A program made the position numbers and the translations under genes. The notes beneath the pieces are model-generated. The model ran no database searches. It was given only the letters and a program-made list of their open reading frames with translations, and had not been told where the DNA came from. A stretch of DNA of 62,372 bases, the filler included, from Sphacelaria rigidula (taxonomy: Eukaryota), in NCBI GenBank assembly GCA_964200075.2. It is 7 parts of 7 records of this genome, joined end to end, with 100 filler letters (N's around TTAATTAATTAA, not from the genome) between each part and the next. Parts side by side here need not be neighbours in the genome. Positions count along the whole stretch, not along the records: positions 1 to 8,825 come from CAXNAA020010014.1; positions 8,926 to 17,750 come from CAXNAA020010015.1; 5 more parts are not named here. One strand, given 5' to 3'. This document shows positions 1 through 12,200 of the stretch, piece after piece. Position 1 is the stretch's first letter; each line of letters begins with the position of its first letter.

Positions 1-3000
1 CTCTCAAAACTGTATTACTGATCGTTTTCGAGCATCCAAGTATTTTCTTAGCTGCTGGATTGAGAAGGGAGGGGGGAAAAAAGAGCAGCACACCGTTCGT
101 CCCATGGCATTTCTCGCGTGTAAAGCTGTGTGAAGCAGCCTCAACAATACTTGCTTCCCCACACTACCGCAGAGCAGGATTTATGCACCGAAATCACTTT
201 TTGGCCGTAGGCACGGTTCGCCCCTGCCCAACGTACATTCCGCGTAGAGAACAGATAAGTGGCACTCGTCACTCCCGACAGAATATCCTTCCATTCGCTT
301 CACGGAATAGATATCAAACAAGCAGTCAGGCGCAAGCACCCCCTCTGTGTTGCATGGGTGGATCACACGGTACCGCTGAACGTGGACTTGAGTAGCAAAG
401 TTATCCTGATCCGATCATACGGTCTATTGTTACATGCCACAAAGTCGTCCAGACACAGTCAGTAGCGCTTTCACTCACCCTACACCTGCCGACCTCAAAA
501 CACATCGTTCGATCTATAATACTCCCCTGATTGGGCCATGACAGCCACTGACTAGGTCGAGATATTGATCTTCCCGTCAGTTCCGTCAGCTGCGCCCTTC
601 CGCTTTGCTGTAGTTCGTAGGCTTGTTGTCGGGTGTAACCCAGCGCACGCGAATCGGATACAGGGGCCCTCTTCCCCGCCTTTCTGTTGTTGTTGCTACC
701 CAGCTCCCACCGGTTTCCATTTCCGGTGCGATGACGACAGCTGCTGCTGCTGCTGCTGTATATGGGTTTGTTGTTTCGTATCCCACATTGGGCGCGATTC
801 ACCCACGGCGATCACTACTCACTTCACTGAAATTGATGTCCTCGGTGACATCAGCTTCACCCTTATCGTGGAGCTCTACAGACAGTTGCTTGACCTCCCC
901 GCTCGGAACTAATCCAGGCGGGGATGCTGTAGCCAGGGATGCAGGCACGCTGCTCTTGCGGTTCAGACACTCGGCAGTTATACGTAAAATTCGTGTTTCA
1001 ATCTTCTGGGCGTTTGCCGTGGCTGCATGGTATCAGCCCACAATGTACAAGACGCGGAAGTCAAAGTCCGGACCGTTCTCCTCTTCATGAGTTGATGCAT
1101 AACCTACACCAGGATTCACATCAAAACCTCGACCACCGACAACCAAAATATTTCTTGCTTGCACTACGGGGATAAGTCACCTACTGCACCCACGTACGTT
1201 GAAGTCTTCCACCCCGCCTCCTGGCCGAGCGCCGTAAGAGCGTTTCTGGCCACCGAGCTCATGTCCGACCCCCCTATTATTTGATCTCCGAGTTCATACC
1301 TGACCCCCCTATTATTTAATCTCTGTGGAGGCCTTTGAACTGTCCTACCAACTGTTGCTGCGCCTGGGTCGACGCCTCTGCACCTACCAATGGCAGCTGA
1401 CTCTCGATCTTGAGCAGCTCCTGCCGTCTCCGGACGCTGCTGCTCTGCCCGTCCATCTCCCTGCTTTCTGTTTTCACTCAAAGAATCGATGCCCTCTAAT
1501 GGTTGTGGGAAAATCTCGGTCAAACGATTTATTTTACGATCATCATGTGCCTTCCAAACTTGCTCACTCCGAGCACTTCGTCCAGCACTTGCCATGATAC
1601 CGAGCCAATCGATTGAGCGCGCACTAGCGTGTACAATTTGGCTCGGTTGAGTATGACGCACAGCTGCCGAGCAGCGTAGTACAGGCAAGACGAAAGTATT
1701 TTGTCTCACGATATATATACTGTGAAACGCACCCGTAACTCATGTGGGCCGTTGCATTGTAAGGGAGGAACGGAAAAATTTAAGGCGAGAGCTGGAGTGA
1801 GGGCGTGGGCATACGTACTTTCCTCGCGCCGGTATACTGTACAAAATTCTGGCCCCTTCAACTGTAAACAGGTACTCACATCCGTACTCTTGAAACAAAC
1901 CTTCGTCAGGAGATAATACCCCATCAGATAACCCGATATCTTCGATCAATACCCACGAATGTAATTAGGAAGAACCCATCCCATCAAACAAGATATAATG
2001 GCCAGATCATCTGGTGCTTGGTGAAGAAGGTATGAAAGTAGCACTAACCGAGGCAGAGGAGAGGCGAGGGGGGCAAAGCACTCTTGTCCTGACGTCCGAT
2101 AATCCGATGAAGCATCTCCCGAAACCCACACTGGCTGACATCAAAATACGTCAAAGAGCCGAGCACATTCGCAAGGGTATTCGTACACGGACCCTGAGCA
2201 CCTCAGACTGTACATATACAGGTCATCATGACTGTGGCGGGTCACACAACGATAAACCTCTCCCGAGGGACCTCGAAGATATTACTCTGTCGCGGCGATG
2301 TAAGGTTGCGCCGTAAAACTACTGCTGGCCCTAGAAGGCGTTGTAATGGAAGACAGGACATTCGGCCCGGACTTCTCACAAGAGCCGCCTTCCGTGGACC
2401 CTGTCCCACGTCGCCGCCGCCGTCCCCGTGTTTTCGTGCGTGATCGTGCACAGGTATCGAGAAGGACAGAAGAAGTCCATGGTGCGATATATCCTTGCTA
2501 CCTCTCTGACGACGGAATACAACTTATTCTTTGCATTCGCCAGGTACGTGGTGTTGTCTGCCGTCACCGAGAATATGATCGACCCGCAAAAAAACTGGCG
2601 TGGACCGCGAGACCTTGAACGTTTTTGGTGCAGCGACGAGTCCCGGATAGGGTAAACTTCAACGCACTGCCGTAACAAACCACGACATGCACGCCACCGT
2701 TCAGGTAGCGCCTGGCATAGATATAAGACTCACAGGCGGTACACCGTTTTAACTCACGAGAAAGAAGAATACGGGGGATAGCAACCGCCGGCGTTCTTTC
2801 AAGCGTGGCTCCCCGGCGGGAAATACTCTGCGCTGCCAACAAGACCCCACGCATGTACAGATTTCGATCAAGTTTCCCAACGCCACAAATGTTGGCGTCG
2901 CTGTAGCCGCGGCCCTTGACAAAACTTCGGGCAAACAACGCGTTCACCGGGAACGTTGCCTCCTGCAGTTCAAGATACCGTATTGAATATCGTCATTTGC

Positions 3001-4360
3001 ACCGTTCGTTCAATGAAGGTCTGCAGGGTTTTTACATCAGTGGTCGGAACAAAGGTGGTTTCAGTGTGAGCCATCATATTTGTATCTTTGGATGACTCAC
3101 GATCCCAAGGTCACACGGCGTGTGCTCGGCGCTCGCTTTGGCTCAAATTCGCACCACCCCCTCGAACGAGGATTCTCGGTGAACTGTGGGTTGGGGTGGG
3201 GTTTAGGGGTAGGTAGCCTTAGGGTCCGACAAAGATAAACTTCGTTTAACCACGGGTTTGGGGAGCCGGGCTGGGCACAAATTCCCTCGAGGGGTTGTAA
3301 AATTCACTCCAACTAGGTCTGAACTTCACCATGTGTAAACCCCGACTTCAGCCGTGCAACGTTCCAACCGTCTTTAAAACTCTCATCATGTTCGCACCCA
3401 GCGACGCTTAAGTCCAACCTTGCGTTCCTGCCATCTCCTTGTGCGTTCGTTTCCGTTTGCTCGTTGTTGCATCAATCGGTCTTCGGCCGCATCAACCCTT
3501 CGCCGTGCGGACCAAAAAATTCTGAAAAAGCCCCCTATTCTTCGAGCATCCTCTGCGAAATCCCTTTAACCACGAGGAACGTTTCCGGATAGACCTCGAT
3601 GACCACCAGCTGCGGGTTGTTACGGGAACGACCGAGTGGGCCTATCTGCGAAGGTCCGTATACTACAATACATGTGTTACAGTATCGTCTATCGTCCACC
3701 TGGTTGTCCCGCTGCACTTGCGTCGCTTCCCAGCAGCATGAATTGGACACCCAATAGCGTGTCGCAGCAGGCAAAAGGCCGGTGAGGTTTGCTGGATTCC
3801 TGTTGCAATATCACTCACGAAGCAAGTGCTGGCTTCATTTCGGATTGCCTTCGCAGTATTTGGGAGCGTTTTTCATTGGGCAAACTGTACGCCAATCGTG
3901 TCACCACGATAATTGGGACGAAACCTCTGGCACTTCATTTGTCGAGGAGGAAATAGATGTCGTCTCAACAAACCGATCGGGTTCTTCGAGGTTGGAGTTG
4001 GTTCGCGTATTGTCGCCCAAACTGTTCGGAATAGGTAGCAATGCCTTCCGGTTAATCTGTGAAACAAATCACCCTCACTGAACATTTTCGTGGAGGTATT
4101 GACGGTGATTCACCTTCAGCTACCGTGGATCTATGTTCTGTTGGTATTCGCTACCTGTAAGGTACAGTCTAAACTGTTCAGAAAACGAAGTCCGCTAAAA
4201 CCCTGCTTAAATGGAGCTTCGCCAGTAGACAGCGACATTCCTCGTCCACGAAACCGTGCGAAAAATAACTTCGCTCAAAAAGAGACCCCCTGCATTATTG
4301 GGTGCTCTGTTACCTGTATGACTGAGCTTACATACACAACTGCGCATTTGTGCTTCGCAG

Positions 4361-7300
4361 GAATGTAACCCCCTGTGTGGGCGACACCGGAGATAGCGCG
4401 CTCGAGTCAGAATTCTTCGATGTTGACCCACAACGAGGCATACAAATTACTCTCATGGCCAACGAGGTAGTTTTCATCCCTTTCATCTTCGTGTCCTTGG
4501 AACCTGGCGGCGGAACACCACTCGCATCGATTTCCGAATCTCCGAGAAAGGTACCTTCGAGGCGAAGTGGTGCAGCTACGTCGGGCGCCGACCCCCTGCA
4601 TGGAAGCGGAGAGGGCGGGGCGGGGTCGGCGGAGAGATCTGTGGTTGTAGCTTTCGTGTCTGCGTCTCACGGTCACGTCGTCAGCATGATGCAGGTAATT
4701 TGATTGCGTGCTCTTATTGGGTCAGGACGGCGCAAACGACTTCCTTGGTCAAGTGTTTCGGCGAAAGTTGAGTGCTCTTCAGGATTATTCTTGGGGACAT
4801 TTCCTTTCGATGTGTGCAAATGATAGATGAATCTCACCCGCGTGTTATTACGTCGTGCGCCCCCATCGTAGCGTGACTCTGGTGTAGAATTGGAAATAAG
4901 TTATTCAACGCGGAGTTGGTGACAATAGTGAGCAGGAAGCGGGAAGTTGCGGTAGAGTTCGTAGAAGAGTGGTGAACGAGCGGGAATATTTGACGAAATA
5001 CGTGAAAACGGTTTCATGAGTAAACATCAATCCCCGACACTGTTATCACCGCGTAGGCGGATGGTCGTTCGGTCGCGGGAAGTAGGAAATGGCAGGGTCG
5101 CTTATCGCCCACGAAGTATGTTCTCCTTTCATGCGTCCGTGCACATGTCGTTGGTAGCGATGGACAGGCAAACGTCCCGCCTCCACCAACACTCGACGTA
5201 CTTCTTTTCCATCTTCACGACGGGCAGGTCCACCTCCAGCGGCGCGCGTTCGTCGTCAATCGAACGTTCCGATTCTATCAAAACGAGGGGGAGATCCTCA
5301 AGAGGTAACGTAGATCAAGCGCACAGGGTCGAGGGGCAGAAGTTGGAAAACTACATGCCGGCACGGCAATAGTAGCTCCGAGATGTATGTGCAAATAGAC
5401 ACGCAGGGCTTCTTATTGAAAATCGTCCGGGCCAACACCATCACAAGGCGCACGTACGTAGATCTCTTTGCGGGCATGGACTTCTCTCCTGAAAGATCGA
5501 ACACGCCTTTACTGTTGGTCACATATCTACGTCTGGCAATTCCTGCACACGTTGTGGACGATCTTCACGTTTTGTAGAAACTGCAGAATGCCCTTCCGGC
5601 TACGTTGCGCCTTCTCAGGTCTCTTCGACTCCTACCGGGCTCAGAACCCAGAACATCCCGCTCCAGGCGCGGCGAGACCTATGCTCAACCCTGGTGCACA
5701 AGCACAGACGGAGGTGCAAAGTACGTTCACTGCGTCGAGAAAGGGTGTGGTGGTGACGGTCATCGGGAGGCGGAGAATGCGGAGGGAGGGGTAGTGGTGG
5801 AGTGGGCAAAGCGGGCGGCGCCTTGCGGTGATGTTCAGGAAGTGCTGGTCAAATGCAGAGTGGGACGGTTTCCTTCACAGAAGAGTTTTTACCTGCTGGT
5901 GAGGGTTGCTGCTGACATTGTTTGCGTAATCGGTTGACAATGCCATGGTCGTGGTCGTTGTTTGGGTGGGATATCGTTTATTTGTCGACTGTCGTGGTTC
6001 TCCTGAGTTTCATAGAGACCGACTTCGGCGGATGTGTATTTTCGATCGCGCCTCTCAGTAAAGTGGTTCCCTGCTCCATTGCTACAATGTAAAGTGGTGG
6101 TGGAGGCATTCAAGATATTACACATTCGATGCACGAAACGCTGCTGGCATACCCTGCCTACATTACTTGACTAGCGCATGAACAGTTTCTCTCCCGTTTG
6201 TCTGTGCCTTGAGCCTGCCGCAAATATTGTGTGCCGAGGGAACACCGCACGCTCTTCGACACCCCACATGTGCAGCTCACGTATGTGTGGATATCTCGAA
6301 ATGGCGCAGAGCCCAGTCTCACAGCACGTTCGTTTGTTCATCACAAGTGGCAGGTTTCGCCGAAACAACCCAAGCAATCAACGTCGTCCAGAACAAGTGT
6401 TGATGCGTGTGGTTGAGGTGAATTTCCCGGGCGCAGGTTGGACTACTCTTAGTATTGACCGCGTTCGTTGACAATTCGCCATCACCACTCTGTCGTTCGA
6501 ATCGCGTGGAACAAACATTAGTTGGTGTAACATGACACAGGTAGGTATTTTTTTTTGTGCGTCCCGCGCTCTACGCTTCGATGTTGCGGCGGTGAGGTGG
6601 GCGCGAAGTACAAGTGTCCCGCACCACGAACCTGAACCTGTGCCGGCCGGCATGGATTCAGTTATGTGATGTGTGTCTACTGGCCGAGCGAAAGAAAAGG
6701 GAGGGGGGGGCACTTCCGTGGCGTGTTGCGTCAATCGCTGGTTCCCTAATGTGGGCCTGTGGCAGACAATAGGGAATGAGTGCGAAGTGTAATCAGAACG
6801 TTGAGAATTTGAGATACGCTTGGCATGGCATTCACCTACATATTCGCGAGAGATAGATCCTTCGCTCGAGCTCAACTGCAGTTACTATAACCGGGTTAGT
6901 GTCATTCCGGCCGCTTCCACCGGAATCGGATTTTCCCAATCGGCATCTCCGAAACACAACAGGTTGTTGAGATACCACACCCGCAACTACGCATACTTGT
7001 TATTGTATCTGTTACACATGCAGTGGAATTGGACGTGTTATCATTCGAATGACGGAGCGGTATGAATCACGAGAAATCCACGAATGACCCTGGTGAAAAC
7101 GACCTTCGGGGATGAGGCAGTACGATGGGGCGGTACCACCCTCCCTCACACATAGATAGCAGTTCCCACGCTTACGGGGAGTGTTCAGGTAGCCGCCCTG
7201 ACCTCTCGAAGCGGTCCAGTCCAAACCATTCCAGGGTTTCATTGTTTGGCAGCGTTACCGCTGGCATGCTGTCTAGAAAAATAGCCTCCGCTGAGCAAGA

Positions 7301-8551
7301 TATGACGCCGATGTCATACCGAAATAATTGAAGTGACCGGTCCTTGACGCGTGAGGCGTCCCTCGTTTGGGATTTGTATAGCACCATTACCTGAATTATC
7401 GAACAGAAAGAATAATCAAGACCCTACGTGCACATGGACCACATCTTGGTCATAAACTAACGGATATTTCTCTTCGTTCCTCACCGCCGCTGCCGCCGCC
7501 TGGTATCCTATTTGCAGGTGTATAATGACCACTACCAAGCATCATTGTATGAAACCTGGCACGTTGTCGTGCATGCCAGGCTCCGCATGGACATGCACTC
7601 TATGCTTGGTCAACAGAGCCCCGCCGATCTGGTGGTCCGCGGAGATCGTTATAGTCGGAAGGTCAAGGCCTTTTCATCTTCTCCTGCGGAGATATCTTTT
7701 GAGCCGCAAAACGCATTTCAACTCGTCCCGGGAGCTTACAATAGGTGAGCAGGAAAGAGGTGTCGCGGCTGCAGCTTGTAGTACCAGCACATATCGTAGA
7801 TGTGTGGAGTTTCTGTGTTTTGTGAGTTTTTCCATGTAGAACAAAGTCACCGCATTGTGTAGGGGATCGGATCTTCAAAGAGATAGACCGCGTTCTTTGT
7901 GAAACATGATCGGGGGGTCCATTCCCGGAAAAGCGCAGAGCTTTGATCACGGCAAACTTAGTAAGGGGACAAGCGCCGGGAAATTTCAAGGGATGTCAGC
8001 ACATGTAAGTGCTCAAAGCGGCAACTACGCGCGATCTACTCCCGTAGAAAGACCTCCAAGAATGGAGCATCTTCTGATCAGGCAGACAGTGAAGCCACTG
8101 ACTCCGAAATGCCCCCATACACTGGAGATAGGCGACCTTTTCAGCGACATCGATTGATGGTGTACAAGATTTAGACACTCGTACTTCCGAGGAGCCCATT
8201 CAAGCTTACATCGCCCGCCCAAACCCGTCATTTGATGTCTCCAACAACCGGCCTGTATTCTCTCCTGCTTCGCCGATCAGGGTGGAGGTGCGATTCCAGC
8301 CACTATTCATTGGCAGTCGCAAGATCCATCTTCATTTGGTCGACGTGGATTCCATGGAGATAGTGGGTGCTTGGCTAGCCACTGCCACAGCAATGCCCCC
8401 GGTTGTTACAAAAGCATACGACGTTGACCTGCCTGTCGGCCGCGCGAGTCATAAGCGCATCGCTTACTCCAACCCCTGGAGTGCGACGCGATTGTTCCGG
8501 CTGTCTTCTAGCGACAGCGCGGTTCTCCGTCCTCGTTATGAAAGCCTGGAG
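4361..8551 (+). CDS. NPHP4: Nephrocystin-4 (ciliary transition-zone protein), partial; exons 4361-4694, 5228-5304, 5619-5898, 7518-7744, 8281-8551
   Basis: Five exons bounded by cag| and |gt splice in compatible phases (2/0, 0/2, 2/0, 0/2, 2/0) into one open frame. Motifs VVNRTFRFYQNEGEILKR, FYLLVYNDHYQASLYETWHVVVH, LHLVDVDSMEIVGAWL and HKRIAYSNPWSATRLFRLSSSD resemble the NPHP4 C-terminal region as I recall it. Both ends of the gene were not found in this contig. Confidence 0.88.
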
Positions 8552-8825
8552 GTGAGGCATGGCGATTTCGACCGAACATGTGCCATACGGTGAATACATG
8601 AACTCAGTACAAATTACTCAACGGCTTCAAGAAGAACCTGGCCTGCAGCTCAAATCTAGAATTACTGACCGCCCGATTAAACAGCATGTCCGATTCACCT
8701 TATGTATGCGTATCTCACCTGTTGTACAATGATATTCGCTGAATATCTCCCCCCCCCCCCCCCCCCCCCAAATTATTTTTTTATTATGCTAACACCCTTT
8801 TTTGTGGAAGAAACTTTTTTTTTCT

Positions 8826-8925
8826 NNNNNNNNNNNNNNNNNNNNNNNNNNNNNNNNNNNNNNNNNNNNTTAATTAATTAANNNNNNNNNNNNNNNNNNN
8901 NNNNNNNNNNNNNNNNNNNNNNNNN
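8826..8925. other. Artificial contig linker (N44-TTAATTAATTAA-N44)
   Basis: 100-bp spacer with stop codons in all six frames; recurs every 8924-8925 bp. Confidence 0.97.
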
Positions 8926-9280
8926 GGATGAGCGTTATTGATCCACAACAAACTTGTTCGAACAACCGTTGCTGCTTTCAACGACGATCTGAGTCGAATT
9001 TCGAGCAACAGATGGCCCGAAATACCCCCCCCCCCCTATCGTAGGATGACTCCCTACACTACGATAGATTCGCATGAGACCGATTGAACTATACGAGACG
9101 TACTGTACTGGAATCAGTCCCCGCGTGTAACCTCTGCGACCACCTTTTCACGTACTGGTGTATACACACGAGGTTAGCCGACAATGGCGACTGTCACATA
9201 AACTAGAGACCAATCAAAATAGATCTACTGGTTGAAGTGCTGTTTCAAAAGATGTTTCGCAGAGCTTGCTCCCCGGAGCC

Positions 9281-12200
9281 TCAACAACGGTAGAGCAGAA
9301 ATCGAGAAACGATAGGGAGAAAACGAAGACAACCTGACGGTAACGAGAAGAGAAAGCGAGGAGAATTACGACCTGACTCGCGTTCTGGTCAGGTGGAATC
9401 GTCATGGAAATGCAGTAGACACATGACCACAGCATATGAACCGTTAGACAGCGACCCCCCCGCTGGTAGATTGACGTGGACACTTCACTTTTGAGGTTCA
9501 GAATTTTTCCCCTGTCACAACTCAAAATGCCTACTTCATGGCGGATTAGACCGGCAGTGCCTCTACGAAGAATGCAAGGACGCAACCATACTGCAGTGCG
9601 GGCGGTTTTAATTATTAGAATGAAACACGTGATTCGAACGAGACACAAAACAAAGCATTCACTCCAAAATACCTGGACGTTTTGGTTTTGAAACGAGTCC
9701 ATCTATTCCTCTAAAGGCAGCACATAGTTGTGAGATTCATTACACGGGACAGGGGTGTGATTGTCGACCAACTGATGAGTAATGACCATAACGCCCATAA
9801 CTTGGGCTGTGGAGTCTGTAGTGTATTGTGCCGCGGCTGCATGTGCGATCTGCAGCGTACGGAGTCTTACGGTGTCGAACGTGTCAAGTGTACGCGACGT
9901 GCGTTCGGATATCGCACCATGACCACCGCTAGGCCCCTCACGACCGTATATCAATTGCTCGGCGGTGGCGGTCGCCTCACTGTCGAAGTACTTGGGGTTA
10001 GGGTTAGAGGTTAGAAGCACTTGTCCACATTTACGTGCGAAGGATACTCAGTACTGAACAGTCAGACACATGGTACCGAAGATGCTCGGAGACCCTGTAA
10101 TGCGTGAGAGGGCCACGTGCCTAGAGGACCGCATCGGAATTTGAACATCCCTTAGGGTTTGTGTCAGGGTTATGGTCGGGGGCGTGGTAAGTACAGGGAC
10201 TGACCCGATTGGTTTAGAAAAACGCCGATCCTGAGGTGTTTTGAACTACGGCGCGGTCCCTACACACGCGGTCCCCTCACGCATTACATCCCGCTTTTCA
10301 TTTACATATTTCATGGTTGATTCGGCATGATCAAAGTGAAAATCGAGGGTAGAAGTCGAAGGTGTTTACCGATTATCTACTTTTACCGGAACAAAGATGC
10401 TCAGAATGGTCTCCCGCGCCTTCCAGGCCTCGTGCACGGCTCATAATTATCCTCCCCAACATACTCGCTGATTGGATACGCCGAGAATCTCGAGCACTCC
10501 AAGACGGTATCTGATGTTGTCGGATGCTATCGCTCCTCACATAACGCAAGCCGACCAACTGTAGCGTGAGAGTGTAGTGGTGCTCCTTATTATTTCTCAT
10601 TGACGCAGATCCACCGATAATCGCACACCTTATACCAGCGGAGACATGTTGCTCGTCTACGGTGAGGAACTACTCTCTACCGAACATTTACCTGGTAGAA
10701 TCTTCACTGGTGCCGGTTGTGTTGGCGGAGGTGTATTGGGAGCAGGCGTGACCGGTGCAGTTGTCATCGGTGCGGGTGTTACTGGCGCAGGAGTGACGGG
10801 TGCCGGAGTGACTGGAGCAGATGTCGGTGGCGGTGTCGGTGGCGGTGTCGGTGGCGGCGTCGGTGGCGGAGGATCTGAAATCACCAACACAAACGTGTTG
10901 ACATGCGTTGGAGAACCGCGTGCTTAGCGGACCACACCGTAGCTCAAACACCTCAGGAGCGACGTTCTCCCCAGTACCAATCGGGCCAGTCCCTGGAGGG
11001 ACCACGCCCCTGACCATAACCCCAACACTAGCCTCAACTCTAAGCCCAACCACATGGGTGTTACAATTGCGGTGTGGTTTTTCAAGCGTTGTGGTGCATG
11101 TCAGTGGTCCCAAACGTGAGAAGCGGATTGTTATTTACCCCCCCCCGCCCCCCCCCGTGCTCTGGTGAAATACCCATGAGGCAGTGCATCAGGCGTGGCT
11201 GCCTTTGGGAGTCGCGCTACCAGACAACAGAGCCACTGGTTGAAGGCTATCATCCCAATGCACGATAATCTGTAGGCTTCGGGCCGAGCAATTTCGCGGG
11301 ACACAGCTCACCCTTCATCCGACTGGCCGAGCACACCACGGCGCTTTGCACTTGGTTTGAGTTCGAGCCTGGTCCAGCGGAAACCCGGCGTGCTCCGTCC
11401 CGGCTTTGTAGGGATGCGAGTTCAATGGTCCCATGACTATGGCATACATGATCATGAGAACACCTTCGACACTTTCTACGATAGCCCCCGCAAAAAAACT
11501 ATACGGTTTCGGTAGGCAAAATGTTCATCTGAATCGAAATGAGAAAAGTTGAGCACGAAAAGGAGAGGAGAATCCCCACGCTTGAATTCGTTCTAGCCAA
11601 TATCGTCCACATCTTGCTATGCCTCCATCTTCCGACATCACAGTCAGCAGTGACTCTGGAAACTCACCCGCACACAGCAACGAGACCGGGTCCTGAAACA
11701 TGCTAGCGCATTGGCAGCTGTCGGCTACTTGTTCTCCGTTCATGATGCCGTTGTCTTGGAAGCATCGCAAAACATGGGTGGGCGTTTCGTTGGTGGGTTT
11801 ACACGGGACGTGGTGGGGCGTGTCTTGCGGAAAACAAGGCTCAGCGACTATTCGCGACACACTGGGCCGGAGTTTTCAGTTTGCCGACGCACAGCCCACG
11901 TGAGGGCCGAGACACGTATGCTACCAACTCTCGCACGTTTGTGGTGACTACTGGACTTCGTACACGGTGTCAATGAGCCACTTTGACCGGCGGCTGCGAC
12001 GCTTCCAACAGCATCGAATACTACGCTATCGCCTTCACTTTTTCTGGGATCCAAGACATATTTTCCGAGTTCAAGCGCATCCTACAGTGTCACTTTCCCC
12101 GCGGTGCCCGGTACTAGTTCGTCCAGAGCTCAGCGAAGAGATATCAATCCGTGTCTTTCACCGAGCTAGGCATCAACCAGGCAAGCGAACCCACCCTGCC

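Noticed and set aside
3550..4050. Possible RT/RNase H traces on the minus strand (DDIYFL, GSDASAAG)
   Set aside because: Multiple stops and motifs too short to assign without a search.
10646..10927. Gly/Val-rich ORF on the + strand
   Set aside because: It is the antisense shadow of the Pro/Thr-rich exon.
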